A program made the position numbers and the translations under genes. A DNA stretch of 64,000 nt from Squalus acanthias. Taxonomy: Eukaryota. Positions within the stretch are counted from its first letter, which is position 1; each line of letters begins with the position of its first letter. The notes below the pieces were generated by a model that searched no databases, was not told where the DNA came from, and saw only the letters and a list, made by a program, of their open reading frames with translations. Shown here in pieces: positions 25,042-39,089 of the stretch. The stretch is from assembly GCA_030390025.1 (NCBI GenBank), contig CM059426.1, positions 207,514,001 through 207,578,000 of the forward strand. Direction: 5' to 3'.

Positions 25042-26488
25042 GTAATTGTTCATGTGTGGTGGGGGGGGGAACGAAGCAAAATTCGACCGAAGTTTTGCCA
25101 AGTAGCAATAGATATTCTAATTGCTTTTAATCCCGACAGCACAAAGGCATGAATATGTGAGGAGCCCCCCTACCCGCCGAGTCCCCATTGCTTACTAATG
25201 GTCCCTGTTGTCTCATGCAAAGTTAAAGGGATACCGCGCGGAATCTAACGGATACAAATAGATGGAGAATTATGCTTTATAATCCTTGTGCGTGATGATT
25301 GGCAGCGCTACCCTGCTGAGCGGCCTTAGCCGGCCCTCCTGCCTGCGATTATGTACTGGAGAGTTTCCTGTTCGAAATACAGGCCCCCCCTTTTTGTCAG
25401 CCCAGTGAATATGTCGCAGCGGTGTTGCTTGGTCTCATTCATACTTTGGTTCCTTGGCAAAACTTCTGGTCGCCGGGAATCTGTCGTCGGAAACCTTTTT
25501 GTCTGTTTGGGCTGAGTCACCGCGCTGGTTTTAAAGAGGCGCTGTCATTTTCTCATCAGCTCTCAGCTGTTTAAAAACTGGAACATGCATGAACTTTAAG
25601 GAGTAAGGGTACCACACGGCTGCCTGACTATGAACTTATTTCGGTCTCTTAATTATTAAAAAATGTAATCTCGAGGTGAATCCAGTAAGATTGAAGAGCT
25701 CTTTTTTTTTAACATCTGTGGCTTGATGCCGTTCAAAAAAAGAGGTCAGGAACCGATTGTGCCGCACCTCCATTGCTAGTTTCCTCCTCCTCCTTGACCA
25801 GCTTTCACTGCCATAAACGCTGAAGAGCCAGCGCAATATTTTGCTCATTCGATATTCAGAATGTTTTCATCGGATTTGGAACAGTTGGGACTGCACAATG
25901 ATGCAGTGTGTTAGCAGCTTGCCATCTGTGCAGAGGGGCAGGAGACAGGTTACCACCTACATCCACCCCTGCCGTTTATCAAACTAGGCTGTGCCATGCT
26001 AGATGCCTCCCCGGGTGAGTGAGAGAAAGAAGTCTTCAGATGGGTCAGCCCAGGCAGCTCGTGTACATTTTCCCAAGAGCCAGTGGTAACGTGGTATCGG
26101 TAGAGGCCAGTCATTTGCCCGATGGGAATTTCTGGCACTCCTGCAAAAGGGGGGACATGACTAAAAAGATAATCATTTCCGCAGGAACAAATAATTCCTG
26201 CCAAATTCATTCTTTTCAGGAGTATAGAATATGTGCAGTAGACTGACAGGGACTTAAAGCGTATCACCGCTGAATGTATATTTAACAGACTACAGACATT
26301 CACACAGACCTACTCAATTACACTTCCAGACGATGATCAAACATTTATGGCTGTCCCAGCAACTTTCTGTTCGTCACAAAACGGTGGGAATTGTCGTGGC
26401 AAAGTACAGAAGTGAAAGAAACTGCCTTGGTCGTTGTTCTCACTCCTTCTGCACACCATGTACAACCTACCTGCCCATGGACTCTACC

Positions 26489-26768
26489 TGGGTCGCCAAC
26501 TCTGGTTGGACGTATTCCTGGAGGTTTGATCACATGACCTCCCATCTCCAACCGCCCCGCCCTGCCTGGTCAAGCAGCCTTTCTTCCTCCACCCCGCCCC
26601 CCCCCCATCTCCAATATTTTTATAAATATTAAACAAAGTGTTCAAAGAAAATTATAGGAAAACACTTTTTTTTAATGCCCGAATGATTTTTCTCCCAAGG
26701 TTGCTCGCAGGAGATTAATCTTTCATTCCTGTAGACTCCAGGACTATTCTGGAGGGTTTGCAACCCTA
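26489..26768. mobile_element. hAT MITE (280 bp)
   Basis: TIRs TGGGTCGCCAAC / GTTTGCAACCCTA; 8-bp TSD ACTCTACC / ACTCTTCC. Confidence 0.82.
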
Positions 26769-27552
26769 ACTCTTCCCTATGCACTCAAACCTCTAAGGGA
26801 AGGCTTGGTGCAAATATTTCTTGATCTCCGTAGGTTAACACACAGAAGTCTAGAATATGCGTCTATTTTTTCATCTCCATTATTGAACCCTGGCCTGCTG
26901 CCCTTCACATAGGAACATACAACATCGGAACAGGAGGAGGCCATTCAGCCCCTCGTGCCTGTTCCGCCATTCAGTGAGATCTGGGCTGATCTGTGACCTA
27001 ACTCCATCCACTCGCTTTGGCTCCATATCCCTTAATACCATTGGCTACCCTATCAATTCCTTTCAAAACCCTGAAAACCTCAATCAAATTACCCATTATC
27101 CTCTATATTCCAAGGAATACAAACCTAGTTTATGTAATCTATTATAATTTAACCCTTGGATACTTGGAAACAATCTGGTGAATCTGCACTGCCCTCCTTC
27201 CAAGTCCAATAGACCCTTTCTAAGATGCAGTTCCCAGAACTGTACATAGATGATCCTTTGTGCCCAAACGACATGCAAACCTTTCTTAAAACTTCAGCGA
27301 TGGGTTTTTATGCCTGAGCTATGAATTCATAGGAATAGGAGGAGGCCATTCAGCCCCTCGAGCCTGTTCCGCCATTCAATGAGATCATGGCTAATCTGTA
27401 TGGTAACTCCATTCAAAGCCCCACTCACCCAACAAATGCTGCAGCACTACCTACAGTGGTAAGATAAGAAAGCCACTGTTGACTGACAAGGGTAAACACA
27501 CTGAGGCACTAGTTCAATTTAATGACCCAAAAATCACAGCGCAGCCAATCGG

Positions 27553-30410
27553 GGAATCATAGAATCATAGAATCATAGAAGATAGGTGCAGGAGTAGGCC
27601 ATTCGGCCCCTCTAGCCTGCTCCGCCATTCAATGCGATCATGGCTGATCATGCAAATTCAGTACCCTGTCCCTGCTTTCTCCCCATATCCCTTGATCCCT
27701 TTAGCCTTAAGAAATATATCCAACTCCTTCTTGAATCTATTTAATGAATTGGCCTCTACTGCCTTCTGTGGCAGAGAATTCCACAGGTTCACCACTCTCT
27801 GGGTGAAGAAATTCCTCCTCATTTCTGTCCTAAATGGCTTACCCCTTATCCTTAGACTGTGACCCCTGGTTCTGGACTCCCCGACCATCAGGAACATCCT
27901 TCCTGCATCTAGTTTGTCCTGTCCTGTCAGAATTTTAAAAGTTTCAATGAGATCCCCTCTCATTCTTCTAAAATCCAGCGAGTATAAGCCCAATCAACCC
28001 AATCTCTCTTCATACGTCATTCCTGCCATCCCAGGTATCAGCCTTGTGAATCTTCGCTAAACTCCTTCCATGGCAAGAACATCCTTTCTCAGATAAGGCG
28101 ACCAAAACTGCACACAGTACTCAAGGTGTGGTCTCACCAAGGCCCTGTACAACTGCAGCAAGACATCCTTGTTCCTGTACTCAAACACTCTCGCTATGAA
28201 GGCCAACATACCATTTGCCTTCTTAACCGCCTGCTGCACCTGCATGCTTACTTTTAGCAACTGGTGCACAAGGACACCCAGGTCTCGTTGCACTTCCCCT
28301 TCTCCCAATCTATTGCCATTCAGATAATAATCTGCCTTTCTGTTTTTGACACCAAAGTGGATAACCTCGCATTTATCCACGTTATATTGCATCTGCCATG
28401 CTTCTGCCCAATCACCCAACCGGTCCAAATCATCCTGGAGTTTCTCGGCATCCTCCTCGCAGCACACACGCCCACCCAGTTTTGTGTTGTCTGCAAACTT
28501 GGAGATATTACATCTAGTTCCCTTGTCTAGATCATTAATATATATTGTGAATAGCTGGGGTCCAAGGACCGATCCCTGCGGTACCCCACTAGTCACTGCC
28601 TGCCACTCGGAAAAAGACCCGTTTATTGCAACTCTTTGCTTTCTGTTTGCCAACCAGTTCTCTATCCAAGTCAATACCTTGCCCCCAATCCTATGTGCCT
28701 TAACTTTACACGCTAATCTCTTATGCGGGACCTTATCAAAAGCCTTTTGGAAGTCCAAATACACCACATCCACTGGTTCTCCCTTATCTATTTTACCAGT
28801 TACATCCTCAAAAAATTCCAATAGATTAGTCAAGCATGATTTACCTTTTGTAAATCCATGTTGACTTTGTCCGATCCTGTCACTGTTTTTCAAGTGCTCA
28901 GCTATTACATCTTTTATAATGGACTCTAGCATTTTCCCCACTACCGATGTCAGGCTTACCGGTCTATAATTCCCCGTTTTCTCTCTACCACCCTTTTTGA
29001 ATAGTGGGGTAACATTAGCTACCCTCCAATCCATGGGTACTGTTCCAGATTCCATCGAATGTTGGAAGATGATCAGCAATGCATCTACTATTTCTAGGGC
29101 CACTTCCTTAAGTACCCTAGGATGTAGATTATCAGGCCCTGGGGATTTATCGGCCTTCAATCCCTTCAATTTCCCTAACACCATTTCCCTACAAATACTG
29201 ATTTCTTTCAGTTCCTCCCTTTCATCAGACCCTATGTTCCCCAACATCTCTGGGAGGTTATTTGTGTCCTCCTTTGTGAAGACAGAACCAAAATATGTAC
29301 TTAATTGGTCTGACATTTCTTTGTTCCCCATTATAAGTTCCCCTGATTCTGACTGCAAGGGACCTATGCTTGATTTCACTAATCTTTTTCTCTTCACATA
29401 TCTATAAAAGCTTTTACAGTCAGTTTTTATGTTCCCTGCAAGCTTACTCTCGTATTCTATTTTCCCCTTCTTAATTAATCCCTTTGTCCTCCTTTGTTGA
29501 ATCTTAAACTGCTCCCAATCCACAGGGTTACTGCTTTTTCTGGCCAATATATGTCCTCTCCTTGGATCTTATGCTATCCCTAATTTCCCTTGTTAGCCAT
29601 GGTTGAGTCACCCCTTTTGTTTTATTCTTATGCCAAACTGGGATGAAAAAATTCTGTAGTTCGTCCATGCGGTCTTTGAATGTTTGCCATTGCCTCTCCA
29701 CCGTCAATCCTTTGAGTGACATTCCCCAATCAATCCTACCCAACTCGCACCTCATACCATCGTAGTTTCCTTTATTTAAATTCAGGACCCTAGTCTCTGA
29801 GTCAACTACTTCACTCTCCATCCTAATGAAGAATTCTATCATATTATGATCGCTCCGACCCAAGGGGCCTCGCACAACAAGATTGCTAATTAATCCTTTT
29901 TCATTGCATAATACCCAGTCTAAGATGGCCTGATCTCTGGTTGGTTCCTCGACATATTGGTCCAGGAAACCATCCCGTAAACACTCCAGGAATTTGGTTA
30001 GCCCAATCTATATGTAGATTAAAGTCACCCATGATGACTGCTGTGCCCTTATTGCACGCTTCTCTAATTTCCCTTTTAATGCCATCCCCAACCTCCGCAT
30101 TACTGTTTGGATGTCTATATATCACTCCCACTAACGTTTTCTGCCCCTTGTTATTTCTCAGTTCAACCCATACAGATTCCACATCATCAGAGCTAATATC
30201 CTTCCTTTCAATTGTGTTAATCCCCTCTTTAACCAGCAATGCTACCCCACCTCCCTTTCCTTTTTGCTTATCTTTCCTGAATATTGAGTACCCCTGGATG
30301 TTAAGTTCCCAGCCTTGGCCATCCTGGAGCCATGTTTCGGTAATCCCAATCAAATCATATTCGTTTACCTCTATTTGCGCAGCTAATTCGTCCACCTTGT
30401 TCCGAATGCG
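27553..30410 (-). mobile_element. Young CR1 LINE, 5'-truncated, running from APE endonuclease through RT to the (ATTCTATG)n tail
   Basis: ORF pieces 29901-30434 (DLIGITETWL, VIMGDFN), 29528-29875 (SDH), 28057-29547 (496 aa RT, GVPQGSVLGP) and 27658-27993. Confidence 0.95.
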
Positions 30411-30857
30411 GATCTCCGCACTCGAGTCTCCCATCTACGCTCCTGTAGAGCAAGGCTCAATGCCGGGAGCATACTCCTCTCTGAATTTACCTCAGTAAGT
30501 TAATCAGAGCTTGGTGCCTCCCTCCCTTTCCATTTTAGAAATAGGCCGGTTATTTCCTCGAGGTTACCGCCACACTCCCGGCAAAGTTATGAAGACAGCG
30601 TGGGAGCATCCCAAGGAAATTGGTGGCCATAGTTCCTATCGACCTGAAATACTCAAATTCGCTATCCTCAGCGTCACAATGGGGTTCCAATACCATCCGT
30701 TATTTATAGATTTTTTTTTTTGCATCTTTTAATTGGTAAGCATGATGTAACACAATTCTCCCACAATTTCTCATCACGATAATCTCTAGTTGGCTGTTCT
30801 GGGCGAAAAAACTATCAGCGAAGGAAAAGAAACTAAAAATTGAGCATGAGGTGAAGT

Positions 30858-31226
30858 TAGGGTCGCCAACTCTGGTTGGACGTATTCCTGGCGGTTTCAT
30901 CACATGACCTCCCGCCCCCACGCTCCCGCCATCGGTCGCCCAGCATGTCCATCCTCACCGCCGTCCCACACCAAACGGAAAACGAACAGACTCTTTTTAC
31001 CCGATTGGATCATTCTTGACTGTCGGTCAAACAGCCTTTTTTCACCAACTCCAATATTTTTAGAACCGATAAACAAAAGTGATACAGAAATGAAAAAACC
31101 CCACCATTTTTTTTTAATGCCCCCTATGATCTTTCTCCCGGGGGTTTTTGCTCGCTGTAGCGTTCTGGAGATTAATCTTCAATTCCTGGAGACTCCAGGG
31201 CAATTCTGGAGGGTTGGCAACCCCTA
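30858..31226. mobile_element. hAT MITE (369 bp)
   Basis: TIRs TAGGGTCGCCAAC / GTTGGCAACCCCTA; perfect 8-bp TSD GGTGAAGT. Confidence 0.92.
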
Positions 31227-31273
31227 GGTGAAGTGTTCCTCTTCTCCAAAGAGGCTGGCTCGAGAGGCCTGAG

Positions 31274-31828
31274 CATAGGAACAGGAGTCGGCCATTCAGC
31301 CCCTCAAACCTGTTCCGCCATTCAATGAGATCATGGCTGATCTGTGACCAACTCCATCCACCCGCCTTGGCTACATATACTCTTAATATCCTTGGCTAGA
31401 AAAAATTTAGCGATCTCAGTGTTTAAATTATTAACTGAGCTAGCATCTACTGTTTTTTGTGAGAGTGTTCCACACTTCTACCACCCTTTGCGTGAGGAAG
31501 TGTTTCCCAACTTCTCTCCTGAATGGCCTGGCTCTGATTTTAAGGTTATGTCCCCCTTGTCCTAGACTCCGCCCCCAGCAGATAAAAGTTTTCCTCTATC
31601 TGCCATATCAATTCCTTGCAAAATCCTAAAAACCTCAATCAAATCACCCCTTAACCTTCTATATTCCAGTGAATAAAAGCCTAGTTTATGTAATCTCTCC
31701 TCCTAATCTAAGCCTTCGAGCCCCGGTAACATTCTGCGCTGCACTCCTTCCAGGACCAATATAATCCTTTCTGTGGTGTGGTGCCCAGAACTGTACACCG
31801 TACTCCAGACGTGGCCTCACCAGAGCTT
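31274..31828 (-). mobile_element. Older CR1 3' end
   Basis: ALVRPRLEYGVQFWAPHHRKD; homologous to 14980-15700. Confidence 0.8.
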
Positions 31829-34298
31829 CTCCAGAGTACAGGAGGGAGGAAGAAAAGAGAAACAAATCCAAACAAAACCTTTCAATCTTCTGTTTCAGCG
31901 ATTGTAGTGAAACATGGAGAAAACATCCCTCTGTAAGAACTAATTAGACCTCAAATGTGTTAATTGTCGAGAGGGAGGATCTTGTCTTTTTTTGCATAAT
32001 GCCTCCAAGCAAGGCACAATTCCTTCACTGCACTGGTGGGAGAAAAGCACAAGACTGTTTCAGTTTTTCCCGTGCTGTTTGTGAGAGTATGGGACTGTAT
32101 GAATAAGCAAAATTAATTAATGTAACATCACTTGCATCAGTCCAACGCTGTCAATCTCTTATGTAAGAACTGCACTTTATAAAGCACTGGCTCATTCAAC
32201 ACACAATAGAAGTGAGTTGAAATCATGCTGTGTGAGGGGGCATTACTAATGAATGGGTTATTTTAAATGCGAATGCCTTCTTTAAAATTGCAGAGAGGTA
32301 TTTTATGCACATGTATCAATTCTTAATATCACACGGCATAATTTCAATCTAAAAGCCTCCCGAGCAAGAGCGTTTAAGCTCTTTTGTAGGCCGATAACGT
32401 GTACGTGATAGAGTCTCGCAGGCCACTGATTTTAAGGCATGTTCCCATGAATGTACCCTCACCTCAGTCTGCCACTATGAACAGCATTGATGTTCTGATG
32501 TAAGATTTATCCACCAGAGCCGAGAATGGTCCTTTGCAAACCTCCAAGCCCACAAAACTCAAACTTCAAAGCAAGCAATGTGAAGACGGCTATCGTAGAT
32601 ATCGTGCAGCACAGAAGGAGGCCATTCAGCCCCTCGTGGCTGTGCCAGCTCTATGAAAGAGCTGTCCAATTAGTCCCACTCCCCCCTGCTCTTTCCCCTA
32701 TAGCAATAGAATAGAACCCAGACGCCTGAGCTTTGTAGGCCGGACTCCCAAAGGTCATGGGTCACGGATTGGACATGGTGCTCTAGATTCCTTTCGCTCT
32801 GTGTACAGTTTTTAGTGCACCTTCTAATGCTAAATTCCTTCCTCTGCTCCTTTTAGTGCAGTCACTAACCCATTTAACATAAACGAGTTAGCAACGTCAT
32901 TAAGATAGCACAAAAGGAAATTAATGGAACAAGTTAGCCAGTCCCCTATACAAGTGCCAATGAGCATGATATAATTACAAGGGGTGGGGTGAAAATGGTC
33001 TTGGGCAGTAGCGAAAACAGGCAATAGCGAATCAGTGGCTCGTTGTACACCCTACCCCATTGAACTCAGTTGAGTTGGGTGTAAGGTGGGCAGCCGATGC
33101 ACCATCACCCGTCTTGCACTACTGCCTGAGATCAATTTCACCCCCAAGTTGTGGTTATTTATAAGTTTCATCACTTTTACAATTTGCAAAACCACGAAGG
33201 ATATTAATGTTTGGAGATTGGGACATTTTCCATTAATATCGTGCCCAATCCCATGCTTCAACAATGTGCCCTCATTTTGTTCCCGTCAGTTCGGACTGGG
33301 TTGAAACCCACCCACCCCAGAGATGATGAGGTTAGACGGATAACCCATTACACTGTTCTATTCCTCCCTAAACGGAATCTATTTTTCAAAATTGTCTTGC
33401 ACCGCTTTCTCTGGTTCAGTAGAACCACTTTTACTCCCTCACAATCAAGTTATTATATTATCCATTTATAGGAAAGATGAAAAATATTAACAACACCTTT
33501 CAAAGTCAGCTTAAATTGGGGAGGCAGCCATTATACCACAAGTCGAGCTCCAAGGTAGTGCTGGGGGAGAGGAGACTGAAGAAGTAATTGCTTGAAAGCC
33601 ACATAATCAAATGTTCAACTGACTTTAAATTAGCTGGAAACAATGGCAGTGCACCATTTTACAGTTTGGAGGTTGTTAGATTTAATTTTCAACAGGCACA
33701 GACATCCCAGCTTGATGAGAAGATGACAGTTCTTTTTTTTTAAAAGCATCAGCTGTCTGTGTTTCATTCTGTGTTTTTCTCTCGCTTTTGCTTTGTTGGA
33801 ATAATTGAAAATAAGTTGTGCTGGAGAAGTGAAATGTAATGACAATTCTGCGATGCATGTTTTTTTAAAACTCCCTTCTTAGCGAATGATAGGTGTGCTG
33901 GAGAGTGAAACGCTTTCTGTTCGGCAGCCAGTGATAGCGTTAAATACTCCGAGCTTAAGTGCAGTATAGACCCAGCGAAATGTAAACTCTGCTCCCCAGT
34001 GTGTGGGCTGAAGCTCTTTGTCAATCCAAAACTTCACTCAGCTGCCAGCTTGCAAACTGTACGTGCAGTTAGCGAACAGAAGGAATGAGCTGCTGCAGCA
34101 CGAGACGGAACTCTCCCGACATTATAATCTACGGTTGCTTTAGCTACCAAATGTGTTGAAGCTGCCCAACAGTCTGCAGTTCCATTAACCAACTCCCAAA
34201 CTGTCGGTTTATTGCAGTAATGGTGAGAGACAGGGAGGTACGGGGAGGAGAATTGGGGAATGCAATCTTTAGAAAGCAAAGGAAGTTGAAGAATACAA

Positions 34299-35106
34299 TG
34301 CATGAAGTTATCCACTTTGGAAGGAAAAATAGAAAAGCAGAGTATTTTTTAAATGGTGAGAGATTGGGAAATGTTGGTGTTCAGATGGACCTGGGTGTCC
34401 TTGTCCACGAATCACTGAAAGTTAACATGCAGGTAGAGCAAGCAATTAGGAAAGCAAATGATATGTTGGCCTTTATTACAACAGGATTTGAGTATAAGAG
34501 TAAAGACGTTTTACTGCAATTATATAGGGCCCTGGTGAGACCACACCTGGAGTATTGTGTACAGCTTTGGTCTCCTTACCTAAGGAAAGATATACTTGCC
34601 ATAGAGGGAGTGCAAAAAAGGTTCACCAGACTGATTCCTGGGATGGGGGGATTGTCCTATGAGGAGAGATTGAGTAGACTAGGCCTATATTCTCTAGAGT
34701 TTAGAAGAATGAGAGGTGATCTCATTGAAACATACAAAATTTTTACAGGACTTGACAGGGTAGATACAGGGAGGATGTTTCCACTGGCTGGGGAGTCTAG
34801 AACCAGGGGTCACAGTCTCAGAATAAGGGGTCGGCCATTTAGGACTGAGATGAGGAGAAATTTCTTCACTCAGAGGGTGGTGAATCTTTGGAATTCTCTA
34901 CCCCAGAGGGCTGTGGAGGCTCAGTCATTGAGTATATTCAAGACAGAAATCACAGAGATTTTTGAATATTAAGGGAATCAAGGGATATGGGGATAGTGCA
35001 GGAAAGTGGAGATGAGGAAGAAGATCAGCCATGATCTTATTGAATGGCGGAGCAGGCTCGAAGGGCCAAATGGCCTACTCCTGCTCCTATTTCTTATGTT
35101 CTTATG
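34299..35106 (+). mobile_element. CR1 LINE 3' portion ending about 41 nt before the exon at 35148
   Basis: ORF 34220-34972 (RPHLEYCVQLWSPYLRKD...NFFTQRVVNLWNSLP); TTCTTATG tail repeats. Confidence 0.92.
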
Positions 35107-35147
35107 ATCTAAACTTTAAAAAAATATATATTTCTGCCATTTCCCAG

Positions 35148-35321
35148 GAACTAAATGATGACGATGTCGAGGAGTTGGTCAGGCGGTCAATTGGAAGGTT
35201 GACAATAATTCGGCAGACCTTTCCCTTGACTTTAAACACCACTCATAGTTGTTTTCGTGGTAAGCACAGAATCTCTCCATCACTGTGTGATCCCAAGGAC
35301 CCTTACAAGCATAACATGGAG
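35148..35321 (+). CDS. GRID2: GluD2-like internal exon, equivalent to GRID2 exon 6
   Basis: atttcccAG|GAACTA...ATGGAG|GTagga; 174 nt; [58 protein letters not shown]. Retains the Cys pair and an N-glycosylation sequon (NTT). Confidence 0.93.
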
Positions 35322-35527
35322 GTAGGACTCTTTCAACTCATCTGTCATAATAAATTATATGATTAAACTTGTTGATGCTAGGAATGTATTCTGTTCCTTT
35401 ACTATGAGTGATGTTCTCAATGTTACTGTGCTATGTATTCCCTGAAAGATCTCTTGTGTGGGCCTGTGTTACACGCGCACATAAACATAAACACGCACAC
35501 AAATGTGCATGTGTGTACACAAGCATA

Positions 35528-36648
35528 TGAAGGGATAATTACTAGCCCTAGCCCCTTTAGGGCTACCCCAGATCAGGCGTATTCCCCAGACATTCACTTT
35601 CAACTAAAGTTTGAGGTAGCCAAATCCTAAAGACGCTTAATTGGGTCTAAAGGTCTGAACCATCTCTCCCTAAAGGAAAGGAACAACCTGAAAATGTTAC
35701 CATCCTCCAGATAGCACTTTTAATAAGTTTAGCTAGACTGTAACGTTCCGGATATTATGAGGGTCCGGAAAACTCCCCCAGAATTCTGCAACTCCTCACC
35801 AAAGAGTGTACAGAGATTGAGTTCACAAGTTTGATACAGAAGTATTATGTGAGATAAATCTAAAAATATATAGATTTATTAAAGAACCAACATGTAATTT
35901 ACAGTTGGTGAGTCAATCGCAACATTAACAGTTCCAAAAAAAGAAAGCTTTGCAATCTTATTATCAGAGATCCTTACTCTCAAATCTTAACTTCAGTTCT
36001 TAGTTTTATTCAGGATATCCACCAAATTCAAATACAGTACCTTTGATCCCCGAGGTACAAAGAGTTGTAGACTTACAGAGACACCTCTGAAGCTGAGAAT
36101 CGCTTTGCCCCTTTACAGTGAGTCTACTATCCCATTTGAGAGTTCAATATTTATATCCTTTTCCAGTGGTATTTCCTTTAAGGTTTTCTGCTGATGTAAG
36201 CTAATTATCTCTAGTCATTTTTCTGCTGACTTCTGCAATTCTTAGTCACCTCAGCTGGTAGCATTACAGAATTGTGTCTCTCCTCTAGGTGTTCTAAGTT
36301 TACCATAAAAAATGGTGTAACGGCAGGTGCGTTTTTTACTTGAAGTCATTTTTACGAAGGCAGATGTTTGTGCTTCTTTACGAAGTGTAAATTAGAACAC
36401 CTTAACCAGGGTGAACTATTGTCTTGTTCCCAAAGGTCAGTCTGCCAGGAGCCTTTAACCTTCTGTTTCAATAAGGTTATTGATTCAGTGTCAACAACTA
36501 TCTTATCTCTATAGCCAGAATGCTACCACAGCTTTTTCAGTTAGGTTTCGAGATTTCCAGACCCAGTTTGTCATGTTTTAATAAGGCCAGAATTCTTTCA
36601 TAGAATGATGTATTTTTCTGAATAGGTTATATAGCTTATTCCTTCACA
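35528..36648 (-). mobile_element. Solo LTR (1121 bp), Gypsy/ERV-like
   Basis: TGAAGGGAT...ATTCCTTCACA termini; perfect 4-bp TSD CATA; minus-strand TATAAA near 36150 and AATAAA near 35875; a second copy lies at 45850-49475. Confidence 0.85.
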
Positions 36649-36890
36649 CATACATGTACACACAAACACATACACAAACACACCTAAATGCAAACATACA
36701 CACTCAACACATGTACACACAAACACATGCACAAATACACATGAGTGCACACATGTACACATACGTACGCATCACATTTACACACGTGTACACACACAAA
36801 CATGCACATGCACATACATACAGAAATGCATGCGTACACAGACACCTGCAAAGGCTACAAGAACCATACATATGTGTGTGATAGATAGAT
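36649..36890. repeat. Degenerate CA/TA-rich microsatellite, continuing at 35465-35527 on the other side of the LTR
   Basis: ACACAC/ACATAC/ATGCAC runs. Confidence 0.85.
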
Positions 36891-36906
36891 ATCTTTTATC
36901 CCAGAT

Positions 36907-39089
36907 TGAGGCATGAATTGGCTAGGATGGATTGGGGAGCGTTACTTAAATGGTTGACGGTGGATAGGCAATGGCAAACATTTAAAGATCACATGGATGA
37001 ACTACAGAATTTGTTCATCCCAGTTTGGCAGAAAAATAAAACAAAAAAGGTGACCCAACCATGGCTAACAAGGGAAATTAGGGATAGCATAAGATCCAAG
37101 GAGAGGACATATAAACTGGCCAGAAAAAGCAGCAAACCTGAGGATTGGGAGCAGTTTAGGATTCAGCAAAGGAGGACAAAGGGATTAATTAAGAGGGGGA
37201 AAATAGAATATGAGAGTAAGCTTGCAGGGAACATAAAAACTGACTGTAAAAGCTTCTATAGATATGTGAAGAGAAAAAAATTGGTGAAGTCAAGCGTAGG
37301 TCCCTTGCAGTCAGAATCAGGGGAATTTATAATGGGGAACAAAGAAATGGCAGACCAATTAAATACATACTTTGGTTCTGTCTTCAAAAAGGAGGACACA
37401 GATAACCTCCCTGAGATGTCGGGGAACATAGGGTCTAATGAGAGGGAAGAACTGAATGAAATCAGTATTTGTAGGGGAATGGTGTTAGGGAAATTGATGG
37501 GATTGAAGGCCGATAAATCCCCAGTGCCTGATAATCTACATCCTATGGTACTTAAGGAAGTGGCCCTAGAAATAGTAGATGCACTGCTGGTCATCTTCCA
37601 AAATTCTATAGACTCAGGAACAGTTCCCACGGATTGGAGGGTAGCTAATGTAACCCCACTATTTAAAAAAGGTGGGAGAGAGAAAACGGGGAATTATAGA
37701 CCGGTAAGCCTGACATCGGTAGTGAGGGAAATGCTAGAGTCCGTTATAAAAGATGTAATAGCAGAGCACTTGGAAAACAGTGACAGAATCGGACAAAGTC
37801 AACATGGATTTACAAAAGGTAAATCATGTTTGACTAATCTACTGGAATTTTTTGAGGATGTAACTGGTAGCATAGATAAGGGAGAACCAGTGGATGTGGT
37901 GTATTTGGACTTTCAGAAGGCTTTCGATAAGGTCCCGCATAAGAGATTAGCATGCAAAGTTAAAGCACATGGGATTGGGGGTAAGGTACTGACTTGAATA
38001 GAGAACTGATTGGCAGACAGGAAGCAAAGAGTTGGAATAAACGGGTCTTTTTCCGAGTGGCAGGCAGTGACTAGTGGGGTACCGCAGGGATCGGTGCTAG
38101 GACCCCAGTTATTCACAATATATATTAATGATCTAGACGAGGGAACTAGTTGTAATATCTCCAAGTTTGCAGACGACACAAAGCTGGGTGGGCGTGTGTG
38201 CTGTGAGGAGGATGCAGAGAAATTCCAGTATGATTTGGACAAGTTGGGTGATTGGGCAGATGCAGTATAATGTGAATAAATGTGAGGTTATCCACTTTGG
38301 TGGCAAAAACAGGAAGGCAGATTATTATCTGAACGGCAATAGATTGGGAAAAGGGGAAGTGCAACAAGACCTGGGTGTCCTTGTGCACCAGTCGTTGAAG
38401 GTAAGCATGCAGGTGCAGCAGGCGGTTGAGAAGGCAAATGGTATGTTGGTCTTCATAGCGAGAGGATTTGAGTACAGGAGCAAGGATGTCTTGCTGCAGT
38501 TGTACAGGGCCTTGATGAGACCACACCTTGAGTATTGTGTGCAGTTTTGGTCGCCTTATCTGAGGAAGGATGTTCTTGCCATGGAGGGACTGCAGCGAAG
38601 ATTCACCAGACTGATACCTGGGATGGCAGGAATGATGTATGAAGAGACATTGGGACGATTGGGCTTGTATTCGCTAGAGTTTAGAAGAATGAGAGGGCAT
38701 CTCATTGAAACTTATAAAATTCTAACAGGACTAGACAGACTAGATGCAGGAAGGATGTTCCCGATGGCCAGGGAGTCCAGAACCAGGGGTCACAGTCTAA
38801 GGATAAGGGGTAAGCCATTTAGGACTGAGATGAGGAGGAATTTCTTCACCCAGAGAGTGGTGAACCTGTGGAATTCTCTACCACAGAAGACAGTTGAGGC
38901 CAATTCATTAAATAGATTCAAGAAGGAGTTAGATATATTTCTTAAGGCTAAAGGGATCAAGGGATATGGGGAGAAAGCAGGGACAGGGTACTGAATTTGG
39001 ATGATCAGCCATGATCTCATTAAATGGCGGAGCAGGATAAAGGGGCCGAATGGCCTACTCCTGCTCCTATCTTCTATGTTTCTATGTTT
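36907..39089 (+). mobile_element. Young CR1 LINE, 5'-truncated, with stops and a frameshift
   Basis: ORFs 36906-37997, 38010-38270 and 38167-38994; near-identical to the reverse complement of 27553-29750; (TTTCTATG)n tail. Confidence 0.95.

Noticed and set aside
28346-30498. Long + strand ORFs opposite the CR1 elements (also at 37256, 44507 and 46915)
   Set aside because: These are antisense shadow frames of retroelement ORFs.
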